From assembly GCF_036321535.1 (NCBI RefSeq), contig NC_087437.1:48300001-48364000 (forward strand): 64,000 nucleotides of DNA, given 5' to 3'. Made by a program: the position numbers and the translations under genes. Under the pieces are notes generated by a model. The model was given only the letters and a program-made list of their open reading frames with translations, was not told the origin of the DNA and searched no databases. This document shows positions 12,721-24,484 of this stretch, piece by piece. Position 1 is the first letter of the stretch, and the number at the start of each line of letters is the position of its first letter. This stretch comes from Camelus dromedarius. Lineage: Eukaryota.

Positions 12721-14159
12721 GTCATGCTAAGGGGTTTGCAGATTTGAGGAATGGGAGCATGGAATCTTTGTTAAAGCCCTTAGCATGAGTGAGAAAGGAG
12801 AGCGTCCAGCTACTGACACACAACTACAGTTTGGAGAGTGGCAGGCTCCCTGATGCATGACAAAAATGATCTCAGAGACCACCACAGATGATGAGTTATT
12901 CATAAGAAAATACTGCTCTGGTTGTTTTTAGGAGAATGAAAAAAAAAATCCATATTGCAAGATACATAGTCCCAAAGCAGCTAATTTGCTTATAAGGAGA
13001 TACTTCAGTATCGGGAGAATAATAAGAACAAATGTCCCCACTTGTGTATGCAGATGACCCGAAGACTCACTGTTACTGAAACATGCAACTCTTGTTTCTT
13101 TAAATTAATCAGAATGTGCTCTGTTTGCCTATGAGCAGCAGCTTATCTTCTCAGACTTTTCTTTCTAGTTTCCTCTCGTGCTTATTCATTCTCTTCCCTC
13201 ACCCCTCTTATTGATGAACTAAAGTGCCATGATTTTTGCTATACAATGCAGAGCCTTGTTGAGGGAGTAGTATATGCTTGCATTTGTCATCTGCCTTATT
13301 TGATTTTGAGCCCATGTCTCTAACACCTTGGTTTCATCCTGAATGCTTTTTTCTCTGTTTCTTGATGTTGGTTTCAGCACTGGCAGAATCTTTGTCATAG
13401 GGGGCTAAGAATTGTGTGTCTGCTGAAGCATTTCTCATAAGTGAGTGTGCCAGAAATAAGTCTGAAAGACTGTCTAACAGGCACACAGACACACACACAC
13501 ACAGACACACAACTGTGGGATAGAATCTGGGCTCATCCACTGCCTCGCCATCTCCCCACCTCCTGCCACCACTACTACCTCATCAGATATAATGGTGGTT
13601 GATTAGAATTTGTCATATTTTTGTTATTTATTGCAGTTTAGAATAGAATATATAAAATACCACCCATTACCTAAATTAATTCTAAGGAATTAACTATACT
13701 ATGCTCACATTTTTTTTCTTCTTCATTGCCATGATTTTCTTTCTGGATATCTGTTGTGGAGGGGATGTGGGATTGAATGACATGAGCATTAAGATTCAAC
13801 ATTTTTAACACTGAAATTCCAATGTAACTATGATTCTATGAATTCACATTAAAATATAGCTTTGCTTTATTCCTCAGTGAAAATCTATGACAGCTTCCTG
13901 CCATTCCTAAAGTAGTATTATTATTATTTTAATATACCATGGAATGTTTTCTGGAGTATCATGAATACTTAGAAAGTTTGTCAAAAGAAACAAATTTTGC
14001 TTTATGACCTAATGTTCTTCACTTTTTAATCATAGTTCTTATATGATTAACTGTAAGATACTCTATATGCAGTAATCCTCCTTGACATTAAATATAAATG
14101 GCAAGTGGATGAAATCCAGCATTTTATACACTGTTACATTTTTACCTCAGTTCTGGTTC

Positions 14160-14330
14160 CAACTTTGCTTTTACCAGATGGGCAGCTTTGAACAAATACT
14201 AACCTTTCTAAGCCTCAGTTTCCCCATGCCCCCCGCCAAATGTAGCTACTAACTATTGTGTATATGGCAGGATGTTCTGAAGACTGATCACAGAGATACA
14301 GATTAAAAGATTTTGTTAAATTATAAACTA
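14160..14330 (+). mobile_element. MIR fragment
   Basis: 'ctttgaacaaatactaacctttctaagcctcagtttcccc'. Confidence 0.65.
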
Positions 14331-14502
14331 CATAAAATTTTAAAATATAATGTATATATAGCTATCAGATTTGGTTTGAATGCAAACCATAAGCTCTTTT
14401 AAGGGTAAGCACTTGGTCTATTTTATTCATAACAATGCCTGACATAATAGACACTCAATAAATACAAATAAATATTTGTAAATGAACTTAACACTAGGCC
14501 AG

Positions 14503-14921
14503 TGTTCTAGGTTGAATTGTATTGCCCCAAAAGATAACACTGGGACCTCAAAATGTGACTTTATTTGGAAATAAGGTCTTTGTAGATATAACCAAGTTGA
14601 GATAAGGTTATACCAGATTAGATTGGGCCCTAATCTATTGTGTCCATATAAGAAGGGGGAGATTTGGATTCAGAAACAGAGAGGAGAAGACCATGTGAAG
14701 ATAGATGGAGAAACTGGAGTGAGGCATTAACAGTCAATGAATGCCAGAAACCACCAGAAGCTAGAAGAGCCAACTAAGGATCCTGCCCCAGAGCCTTCAG
14801 AGAGATCATGGCCCTGCAGACAACTTGATCTCAGACTTTTTGCCTGTGAGAGAATCCTTCTCTGCTGTTTTAAGCCACCCGGTTTGGTAGTTTGTTATAG
14901 CAGCCCCAGGAAACTGATACA
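14503..14921 (+). mobile_element. MaLR solo LTR (MLT1B/C-like)
   Basis: TG...CA termini; 'gggacctcaaaatgtgactttatttggaaataaggtcttt'; end 'ttgttatagcagccccaggaaactgataca'; 5-bp TSD gccag/gtcag. Confidence 0.9.
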
Positions 14922-17194
14922 GTCAGGATCCTGAACAACGTGGAACATGTCTGTGATGATGTAGGGGATCACTGTTTTATCTCAGTCTTCATACTTAGAT
15001 ACTTTATTTGAAGGAAATTTGATTTACCTTGACTTACATGAATGCCTGGAACAATTAACTGTCACAACAGAGATTTCTTTATTATCACAGAGGAAAACAG
15101 CAGTATCTATTAAACATTATTAGCAATTACTCTGTCTTGCATAATATAACCTTAAGCCCACCCAACTGTCTAAATCTTCTTCTGTTTTCTGCCAATCATT
15201 TCAATCCAAACCATTTCTCAACGTATGCTACTTAGATGTTAGTAGTCCTATAATATTACATGATTCCCAAAAGATTTATGGTTGATCATTGCAAAATTCA
15301 TATTTTCAGATACCTGCCCTTTCTGAAAAGAAATATTCTTATTTGCCATATGCAAACTTCTTGCTGCAGTCCGTCATTGGCATAAATTGCTTGGTTAACT
15401 ATTGCTTGCCTCTAGAGTTTAAACTCGATGTGCCAATGGGCTATCGTGCAACTCCATCTCAAAACATTTAGTGAGCACTCAGAGATGTGAAGACTGGGAT
15501 AACCCTCTAAAAGAGATTACTTTTGGTCCACAGGTTTTTGTGGGGTGATGTGACTGATGCGTCTATGTTGTGGATATCATGAAATCATAGACAATGACAC
15601 CTGTTGTTAAGACAATTTGAAGCCTTATATCAACAGTTTGTAATCATTGTTAAGATACAACCTTTGGAATATTTATATTCACAAATATAAAAAAAAGTAC
15701 TTGTGATTCATAAGTCATCCTTCTGAGGTACTCCCAACTTTTCAATTCAATCTTTCCATAGGGTCACATATTTTACATTAGAAAATCCCCAATGGGTAGC
15801 TTTCTCTTTGCAAAGGCACTTATGAATTATTATACAAATATGAAAAGTTCTCCATAGGTTCATCATGGGACAGAATTTATAGAAACATCTTCTATCTGGG
15901 TATCCAATTAATATTCAAGGACATTTCAAATATGCCAAGATTTGTCATGAATTATGCATTGTTTTAGATTTTTATAATCTCCTTACTTTCTTTGAAATAT
16001 GTGCTATAAATCTTGCTCTCTTTCCTCTAGTTTCTGATATAACATTTTGTTTGAATCATTTTTTTCTGTTCTAGCTTCTTCCAGGGAATAAACAAAGTAT
16101 GATGATTTGTTAAAAATAGAAGCTTTTTAAAAATCTCAAAATGCCTTAAGTCTCACAAAGTTAGTGATTTGTCTTTATGTGTATAGATGCCAGTACTGTG
16201 TAATGGCATTTTATTTTTAAATTTTTGTGCACAGGATTGTCAAGGGTTTCCTCAATTATATTAGGTTTCATTTTATTGGACTCCTCTGGTCAGAAAAACA
16301 ACAGTCTGAAAGCCAAAATCCAAGCTGGTCCAAGTAAGCTCCATTAAAAATACAGCATATCACTGCATTTTTGTCCCAACAACCATCAAATAATGGTAAG
16401 GCTTTCTTTTTCTTTTTCATGTTATTTTGAAGACATCTGTTTATCTGTAAATGGAACTCAGTAATGCAGTTGTGCAAGATCTTCCAATGAAAAAAGGGGG
16501 CAAGGACAATGTCAGATAGAGTGGGAAGAGTATTTTCCAATTTGTTATTAATATGATATTAGTTTCTCATTTTAAAAAACTGCCTTAATGATATTTGCTG
16601 TGACACTATTATTGTCCAAGAAACACTTGCAGCATCCTTACTTTGGCAAGAGAATATAAAAACATTTGTCTGGGAAACTATTTGAACAGTAGCTCCAATA
16701 TAACAAGATTTAACTTTAATCATTAGAATTCAGAATTTTTAAAAACTATAGACTTTGGTATAGGAGAAACCTCAAATCATTTGATCACAAGAGTAACTGT
16801 GAGACATATATTATGCAGATGTATTTTTATAAGAAAATTTTTTGTTTTGCTTATAAGAAATTTTCCATTAAATCGATTGTCTGTCCTTAAGTCACCTCTG
16901 TTTCACATTTCTGTTGCTTTCCTATAGTATATGACTGTTTATCAAAAACTTAAACTGCTTAAAGGCAAAATGGCACAGTAAAAGCAAAGTTAAACTTTAT
17001 CTCTTCTAGTTCCTAAATGTCAACCAAATCTTACAGGCATACATTTCTAGTAACAAAGTGAAGGAGTATTCTTCAAAATCTGCCCTCCACCTCTTCATTC
17101 TAGTAGACCTTATGTCAAAATCCATTTCTCCTGTCACCTTTTTGCCTTGTGTTACTCTTGGCTTCCACTATGCCCCATTTTGATCTTTTCTTGT

Positions 17195-17310
17195 CTTTAT
17201 AGATAAAGACTCTCAGACTTAAAGAGGTTTAAATAACTTGCCCAGAGTTATAAAACTAGTAAGTGTTGACATCAGTCTGTCTGGCACCTAAGCACTTATT
17301 CTTTCCACTG
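17195..17310 (-). mobile_element. MIR fragment
   Basis: 'agaggtttaaataacttgcccagagttataaaactagtaagtg'. Confidence 0.75.
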
Positions 17311-17384
17311 TTTCAAAAACTACTTCAACAGGAGTGATTCCACGTACACTTGTGTGTTGGCTATTAAAAGTAAGTATGTTAGAA

Positions 17385-17528
17385 CAATACTTCTCAAACT
17401 TTGATATACATACAAATAAACTAGGGATCCTGTTAAACTGCAGGTTCTAAATCAGGAGGTCTGGGGTAGAGCCTGAGCTTCTGTAGTTCTTTTAAGATCC
17501 CAGGAGGCTACCACACTTTCAGCAGGAA
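17385..17528. mobile_element. MER5-type hAT-Charlie MITE
   Basis: 'cttctcaaacttt...ctgttaaactgcaggttctaaatcaggaggtctggggtagagcctgag'. Confidence 0.75.
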
Positions 17529-18024
17529 GACCTTGTAAGACCCAGGAGAAGTTGGATATTCTTAATAAAGCTACTACTGGGTTTTGTTCACTACTTTGCT
17601 TACAAACACTCCACAGTTTTTAGTGCGTATTATCTTACTCATTTTTAAATATTTTTAGGTGATGACCATAATGAGTCAAATGTTTTGATTTTATTGTTAT
17701 AATAATATAAATGAGATTCAAATAAATTAATATTCAGGATTATTAGCTATTCTGTCAGTTCTTTGTGACCTTTTTTCTTTTGCAGTGGAAAAGATAAAGC
17801 CATCATTAATAAAATAAATAAATTGAATATAATCTACTCCAACAATCCATTTCTCAAGAGAGACAATGGGGATTATGTGGACAAATATGAACATGTGCTC
17901 CTGCCCCTTCTAACATTTTCATCCAGGTGAAAACAGGTACAAGGAGTACAACAAACAGCCTTGAAGGAGATGCAAATTGCCATAGGTATGACAGTATGGA
18001 AAGGGCTGTTCTCAAAGAAGCACA

Positions 18025-18215
18025 GGGCAGGCGCAGAGCTTCAAGAACCAGACAAACCTAAGTCAGAATCATGGCTTGCCATTTACTGGGAATATGACTT
18101 TGGGCAAGTCACTTATCCTTGCTAAGCTTAGTTTTCTAATCAGCAAACATCTACCGTGTAATGTTGTTAAAATAAATAGGCTGATGGATGGAAAAGGACT
18201 TGACACATAGTAGGC
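18025..18215 (+). mobile_element. MIR SINE
   Basis: 'atgactttgggcaagtcacttatccttgctaagcttagttttct'. Confidence 0.75.
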
Positions 18216-19270
18216 AAGCCACAAATTGACAACCTTTTGCTATTTCTGCCTGAAGGTGCGCTGCTGAGTTCTGACTTGGGGCACACCGGCTTGAGGGAGT
18301 TCTCCTGAGTTTCTCTTTCTTGTTCCCGCTCTAGAGTTTCTGTTCAGTTGTTCTCAATAGTGTCAAAGAATGGGATCGAGAAGAATTAATCTAATCCTAG
18401 ACAAGGCATTCTCAGTGGTATCTGGATCACTCAACATCCCACTCACGTTTGCACATAATTATGATACTGTGGGTCATAAATATTTTACCAATTAATGCAA
18501 TTGGGACAAGGATCATCTCTACAGTCATTAAATCAAGCCTGCTTGGTTTGGTCAGAAAGCATTACTTGACATACTTGTGCAAAATAAGTTTTGCATGTGT
18601 TTTTGAAGCAGAGAAGCCAGAAACTTTAAATAATGAGTAATTAAAATTCTGAAAATAATGAATTGCATCATTTTTAAGCAGATACTTTGGTGAATTTCTG
18701 TTGGCATTTGACACGGAGATCTTTAGTCCTATTCAGCACAAACAAGGTTTCTCAGTACCAACCTCCTCTGTCCCAAATCTGTGATAACTGAAGGTAGTAC
18801 TTTAGCTCTCTTTTGGACACCATTTTAATTAGTAGGTAATGGGGCCTGAAGAGCAGGGTAGAGGTAGGAAGCTGGGTCTAGGAGTCACCAGTATGCTCAC
18901 CAACACAACAAAGTGATTTGAATTTTGATACTATTTGGGGAGATAATGAAGATGTTTTTCAGCCTCCAGAATACGAAGTTTGGAGTGGAATAACCTTTTT
19001 GGGAAGATATATTCAGCTCTACATTTAAGACGGCACCAGGGTCTGATTTAGAGCTTACTGTCTATGGCTAAAGCAGGTGTTTCTGGTTGTCCATTAGCCT
19101 AGAAAATATAGTATCACTAAACAAATTTTTTACCTCTAATTCACTGGTTATTTAGCTTGGATTCCAAAGCGCAAAATCACAATTAGTCCCTTACTCCTCT
19201 CCTCTGCAACAATATCTCCCTGACAAAACCTCATTCTGAATGAACTGATCACTCATCTTTGCTGAGACTT

Positions 19271-19690
19271 TGTTCGCTGTCCCATGCAGGCCTGCAGAGC
19301 CTGCACCTGCCCAGTTTCAAAACCGAAGAAAGAGCCTTGAGTCAGTAACAGAGACATAAATGGTTTAATAGCTAGAGGGAGCCTGTATCGGAAGCAAGGT
19401 CCTGGAGCAACATTGCACCACGTGTGGAGGGGCAGGACATGGCGGCAGTCTTCACTGAAGTAGGGGACAGATGTGTGTGGGAGGGAGGTTACCAGTTATA
19501 AGGGAAATTGACCTCAGGTTGGTTCATTGGTTACCAGGGAAACTAGCAGAGCACCACGATTGTCCTTTGGTAAGGACAATCACTAGCTGGGGCCTGGGGC
19601 AGGTATGTAGGAAGGTTACTCCTGTGAGGAGGGTATAAGTGAAGGGTATGACTTGATATGGATAATTGGCATTTTATTAGTAGTGTGTCA
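19271..19690 (-). mobile_element. Endogenous retrovirus LTR (family unassigned)
   Basis: Abrupt GC/CpG-richer block starting 'tgttcgctgtccc'; minus-strand ATTAAA signal ('ggtttaat', ~19363) close to that end; right boundary uncertain. Confidence 0.5.
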
Positions 19691-20190
19691 GGTGTTAAGC
19701 AAAACAAGATTCAAGACAAATGTCCTGCCCTCCTTTCAACCAGTTTTTATTTCTAAGCCTTCTTTGCACAGAAATTATAAAACTGATTCTCCCTGAGACA
19801 ATGTCTATGATTCGCTTCTGTATTCCTAGTACCTAGCACTATACCTGTTAAATAGCATTTGGTCACAAACAACCTATTTGGAAAGAGAAAATTTTGAAAT
19901 ATAAAAAAGGAAGAGTAATAATTTGGAATGGAGGGAAGCAGGGAGGAGAAGGTATGGAGGGAGGAAGGAAGAAGTAGTTGTGACTACAAGGAAAACCAAT
20001 TTCCTTCCACAGAAATGTCTCAGATATAGCCAATGTGAGGTAAGTTGACAGCTTTCCATTCAGGGATTTTAAACTTGGTGTCCATGGACTTAAGTACCAC
20101 CATATCTATTAAATTCCTTGTGATCATGGATTTACTGAGGGATCAGGAGTCTCATTAGGTAACTGGCTTGCCTGGTTCTCCATGTCTTCA

Positions 20191-20676
20191 GCATGGGGTG
20201 CCCAAATTCTTGGTTAAAATATTATTCTGGCTGTGTCTGTGAGGCTGTTCCTGAATGAAATTAACATCTGAATTGCTAGACTGAGTAAAGCAGATTGCCC
20301 TCCCCAGTGTGGGTGGGCATCATCCAATCTGTTGAGGGCCTGAATAGAGAACAAGAGGTGAAGTAAGAGAATTTCCTCTCTGACTGAATTGGGACATCAG
20401 TCTTCTGCCTTCAGACTTGGATGGACCTGGGCTGGAACTTACACCATTGTCTCCCCTTTGTTTCCAGCTTGCTAACTACAGATTCTGGGACTTCTCAGCC
20501 TCCATAACCATGTAAGCTAATTCCTTACAATAAATCTCTCTTCCTTCCTCCCTCCCTTCCTCCCTCCCTCCCTTCCTTCCTTTCTATCATATATATGTAC
20601 ATATTATTATATACTATATAAATATTTTACAAATAAAATATTGGTTCTGTTTTTCTAGAGAATCCAGACTGACACA
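20191..20676 (+). mobile_element. ERVL LTR MLT2-type, with internal (CCTT)n/AT tract
   Basis: 'gactgagtaaagcagattgccctccccagtgtgggtgggcatcatccaatctgttgagggcctgaatag'; ends 'ctagagaatccagactgacaca'. Confidence 0.9.
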
Positions 20677-20929
20677 GGCACCTAGCAGATATTCATGGAC
20701 TCTTAGAGATGAAAGGGAACTTAGAAACTATTTTACTTCTTAAACTAACTTTTGCAGTGTGATAGCCATCTGAGTGAGTTCTTAAAATTTGAGACAGATT
20801 GTATAAAGGCAGCGTTTGCCAATGCAACAAAGGTTCTGGGGAATTTTATTTGGAATGTCCCATATATGCATTTCCATATATGTATCTGTACATTTCATAG
20901 AGAAGCTGCTAGGTTTTCATGTTTATTTT

Positions 20930-21110
20930 TAAAAATTTTTTATTATGAAAAATTTAAACCATATACAGATGTAGAGAGAATGGTATTATAAACCTTCATG
21001 TACCCATCATCTGGCTTCAACAATTATCAACTCATGACCAATCTTATTTTATCCTCACTCCCCACCAACTATTTTGAAACAAATCCCAGACATCATATCA
21101 TTTTATGAAT
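20930..21110 (-). mobile_element. Old LINE-1 3' end fragment (L1MC/ME-like)
   Basis: 'ttttattatgaaaaatttaaaccatatacag...gtacccatcatctggcttcaacaattatcaac'. Confidence 0.75.
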
Positions 21111-22779
21111 CAATGCCAAACAGCTAATTTACAAGTTCATTTTTAGAGCACAGTCATCTACTGATTTGAAGATTGCCTGTATTTCCACCTTGAGTTGAAT
21201 AATGGATTTATTAATTTTCTATTCTTTTTTCCTTTGGACATTCTTCTGTGTATGGGAAAGAAAGAAATCTCTGTACCAACTACTTAGCCATATTTTTCTA
21301 TTTATGTAGACTATTTTGAGTAGAGAGTAAAATTTTCATTCTGTTACTAAAAATGTGACTTTGGACAAATTTTAGCTCTCTGTATCTATTTCTTCGTCTA
21401 TGAAATGAAAAAAAAAAAAACGCTTGAGGACTGTGCCTGTGACATGGCAGTCTTAATGTTGGTGACTACTATTATTATTATTATTTAATGTAACAACTAG
21501 AGCTTGAATATGCAGGTGAAAGTGATGATACACTGTAATTCTTGTAGTTAGCTCCAAAAGCCAAGTATATAGCAGGTGCTCAGAAAATGCCACCAAGAAG
21601 CAAATAAGTCACCTCTTCCTCTTTCCACCTTAGAGAATGCCAGGTGTCCTCGTGTGCCCTTATAATAGCTTTCCCCTTGTGTCAAAGGGACAGTAGGGCA
21701 GATTGATACCCTCTGAGCACACAGAGTCTCAGCTTACATCCGGCGATAAATAATGAAGCAAGCTAAGGGATCCTGCCTGCAGTCAATTATCTCAGGTCCC
21801 TGTTTCTTAGTCTTCCAAGGGTCCCTTAATAGGGACTTTTGTAGTCACAGAACTGAGAGCAAAATGGAGAAGCAGAGAAAAAACAATCCCATCTGTCAAA
21901 CTGATGATGGATGCTGTCCAAATCTGTGAACAAAACCTGAAGTGCTAATTCTATGCACTGCTGATGCCTTTAATTATGTGACTTTGACAGATGGAAAGAT
22001 CATTATGCAGTTTTTATTTAAGAAGCTCATGCAACTGTAGTTTTTGTGCCAAGGGTAACCAGTCACATTAAAGAATTTGCCAGAAAGTAAACGCTACCTT
22101 ATTTATAGCTTACTAAGTCCTAATTATGCTTCATAAATGGACAGTCATATAATAAGGCAAACACAAAATATACATGACTGCAAATTACTACAAAGCAGTT
22201 ACATGTCAGAACAGGCAGCCATTTCAAACCCCATAATACTTTCCTGGCAATACGAAGCAAACACACTCCAGATAATACCTTTTTGAGGCAGAGTTCCAAA
22301 GATCTGAAATGATGTTTTTCCTTAGTCTTGGTTTCAACGAGACCTTCAGAAAGTTACTGAACAATGATGGTTAGCCTTATATATATTTCTCTTTGTGTAG
22401 TCCATACCTATATGGGTTTATCTAATTGCAAGGATTTTTCATCCCCTCCTGCCAGTTCTCTGAAGTACTGCCTTTACTGTCACCTGCACTGGTGTCTTAC
22501 TTATCCCTGAATTACATCATCCTAAGTTATTTTTTACTTTCTTTCCTTTTGTATTCCTGACTTGGTGGGTTTTTATTTCACTAATATCCTCCCAATCTTC
22601 TCATCATTGCCTTTTTCTAAAGAGGAGACTTAGAGATCCAGAACCTGGAGGGGACCCTGGATATATAATCTATGGGTGATTACTGAGTGATTAGAGGCAT
22701 CCTGTGTTTTTGCTTCCATAGCTTCTCCTCAGCCCAAACTTTCTTCCCAATCAAGCTATTGCAGTTTCATGGCTATGGT

Positions 22780-23150
22780 CTCCCTCCCATTCCCTTCCTA
22801 ACTTAACCTGCATGCTCTTGCAAAATGGATCTTCTTAAGGCACAGTCCTTCCACATTTCCCCTGCCCAAGAACCTTCAATGGATCCCTTGCCTCTAGAAT
22901 AAAACCCAAAGTCTGGCATTCAAGCTCTTCATGACCTGACCCTAGTCAACCTATCTATTCCTGTTCCTCTTCTTATTAATGCATATCATCTGCTCTAAGT
23001 ATAATGTTCTGTTTAACATTCCCTAGTTTCTCTCTTCTAATCTTCTATTCCTTTGCACACTCCCATTTATCTGCCTTAAACACTTTTCCAAACCATCTTT
23101 GCTTCTTTGAACCCTAGACTTCCTTTCTAGTTGAGGCAGGAGAACTCTTC
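22780..23150 (+). mobile_element. L2 LINE fragment
   Basis: 'cccaagaaccttcaatggatcccttgcctctagaataaaacccaaagtctggcattcaagctcttcatgacctg'. Confidence 0.7.
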
Positions 23151-23582
23151 CAATGTGTTCACACTCAATGAAGTTTCAAACACTGGCCATGTCTATGGAT
23201 ATTTATGTGGAATTTGGAATAGTCCAAATTATTCTTCTTCCTCTTTTATATTTCAAAATTTTCCCTTTCCAAATAGACTGTTAGTTTTTTGAAGGGAGTA
23301 ACCACATATATATCTTGCTAAATTATAAGTTACTGGAGTTTGGGACTGTGAGAGGTAAAACAGTAAGTGTAAAGAACACAAGGATTAGCCTTAAACAGAT
23401 TAAAACTCTGATCCTGGCACTTGCTATCTGTGTGCCACAGGACGAGTCATCTAAATTCTGTGAACCCCAGTTTCTTTGAGATGACAAAGACAGAGGGTAT
23501 GAGTTCTAGTTCTATTTTCTTCCCCAAACTAAAACTTCACTTTAGAATCATATTTGTAAATTGAGGAGGTTGGAATAGATTA

Positions 23583-23800
23583 TAATTTCACAAATTTCAG
23601 TCATTTATGAACCATCTTGATGATTTTTTGCAATAACTGAGTACCATATGAGGTATTATTTACTTAATATTTCTTTAAATTGACTGACCTTTATTTTACT
23701 CAAGTAAATTTTTATAAAAGGAAATGATATATCTCTGCCTAGAAAACTAGAATCAGTTGCCATAAATAGAAGATAAATGTGAAAATAAACAAAACAGAGC
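23583..23800 (+). mobile_element. hAT-Charlie fragment (MER113-like)
   Basis: 'aaatttcagtcattt...tattatttacttaatatttctttaaattgact'. Confidence 0.55.
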
Positions 23801-24484
23801 TATCTTATAAAAAGAATTGAGATAGTTTCCTACTGAAAGATCTGAACCTGAATTTGACATTTTCTTTGATAAAAAAAGAGACTATCAAGTACAAAGGAGA
23901 TGTTAAAGAAAAGTAGCACAAAAACAAGATTTTCTCTTTCATGTAATCCAAATATATTGCAAGAAAATTGAAAAGAAAATGACTTCCTCACTTGGTTGCT
24001 CGTTGGTAGCAATTGCCATGCTCCTACACTTATGACTCTTTTGGATTCTCAGCAATGGTCTTAAGCCCCCCTAGGAAACCTAGATCAGGTTCCTCACATT
24101 CAATCACACTTAACATGTGGTGAACAAAGCAGAAGTGAAAACTTTGTACCAAAGGTTACAGTCCAGGCTGTAGTTTGACAAAATACTTAGGGCTATATGG
24201 TAGTTTTGTATTCTATTCATAATTTCCTCTGACAATTTTAAACTTTCAACGTGTTTGCAAGAATAATCAATCAGGCAACAATCACAATACCCACATTTGG
24301 AGCCTGCTTCACTCCACACAAAATAGCAAAATACTTTTATCTCATTTGATAACCTGTGGGTAAGAAGAAATGGGTGCCAACTTTGGAGCCAATCTGAGTA
24401 AGGTTAGGTCCAAAATCATCACTCTCTAGGTCTACAGCCTTGAGAAAAATTATTTAATCTCATTTATTTCTCAAGGTGGTCTTT

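Noticed and set aside
13378..13440. 63-nt plus-strand exon-like segment (tttcag|...taa|gtgagt)
   Set aside because: Stops in all three frames and a weak donor context; probably a pseudo-exon.
17786..17930. Strong plus-strand acceptor followed by an open frame GKDKAIINK...LLTFSSR*
   Set aside because: Peptide not recognised, AT-rich codons, and no partner exons found.
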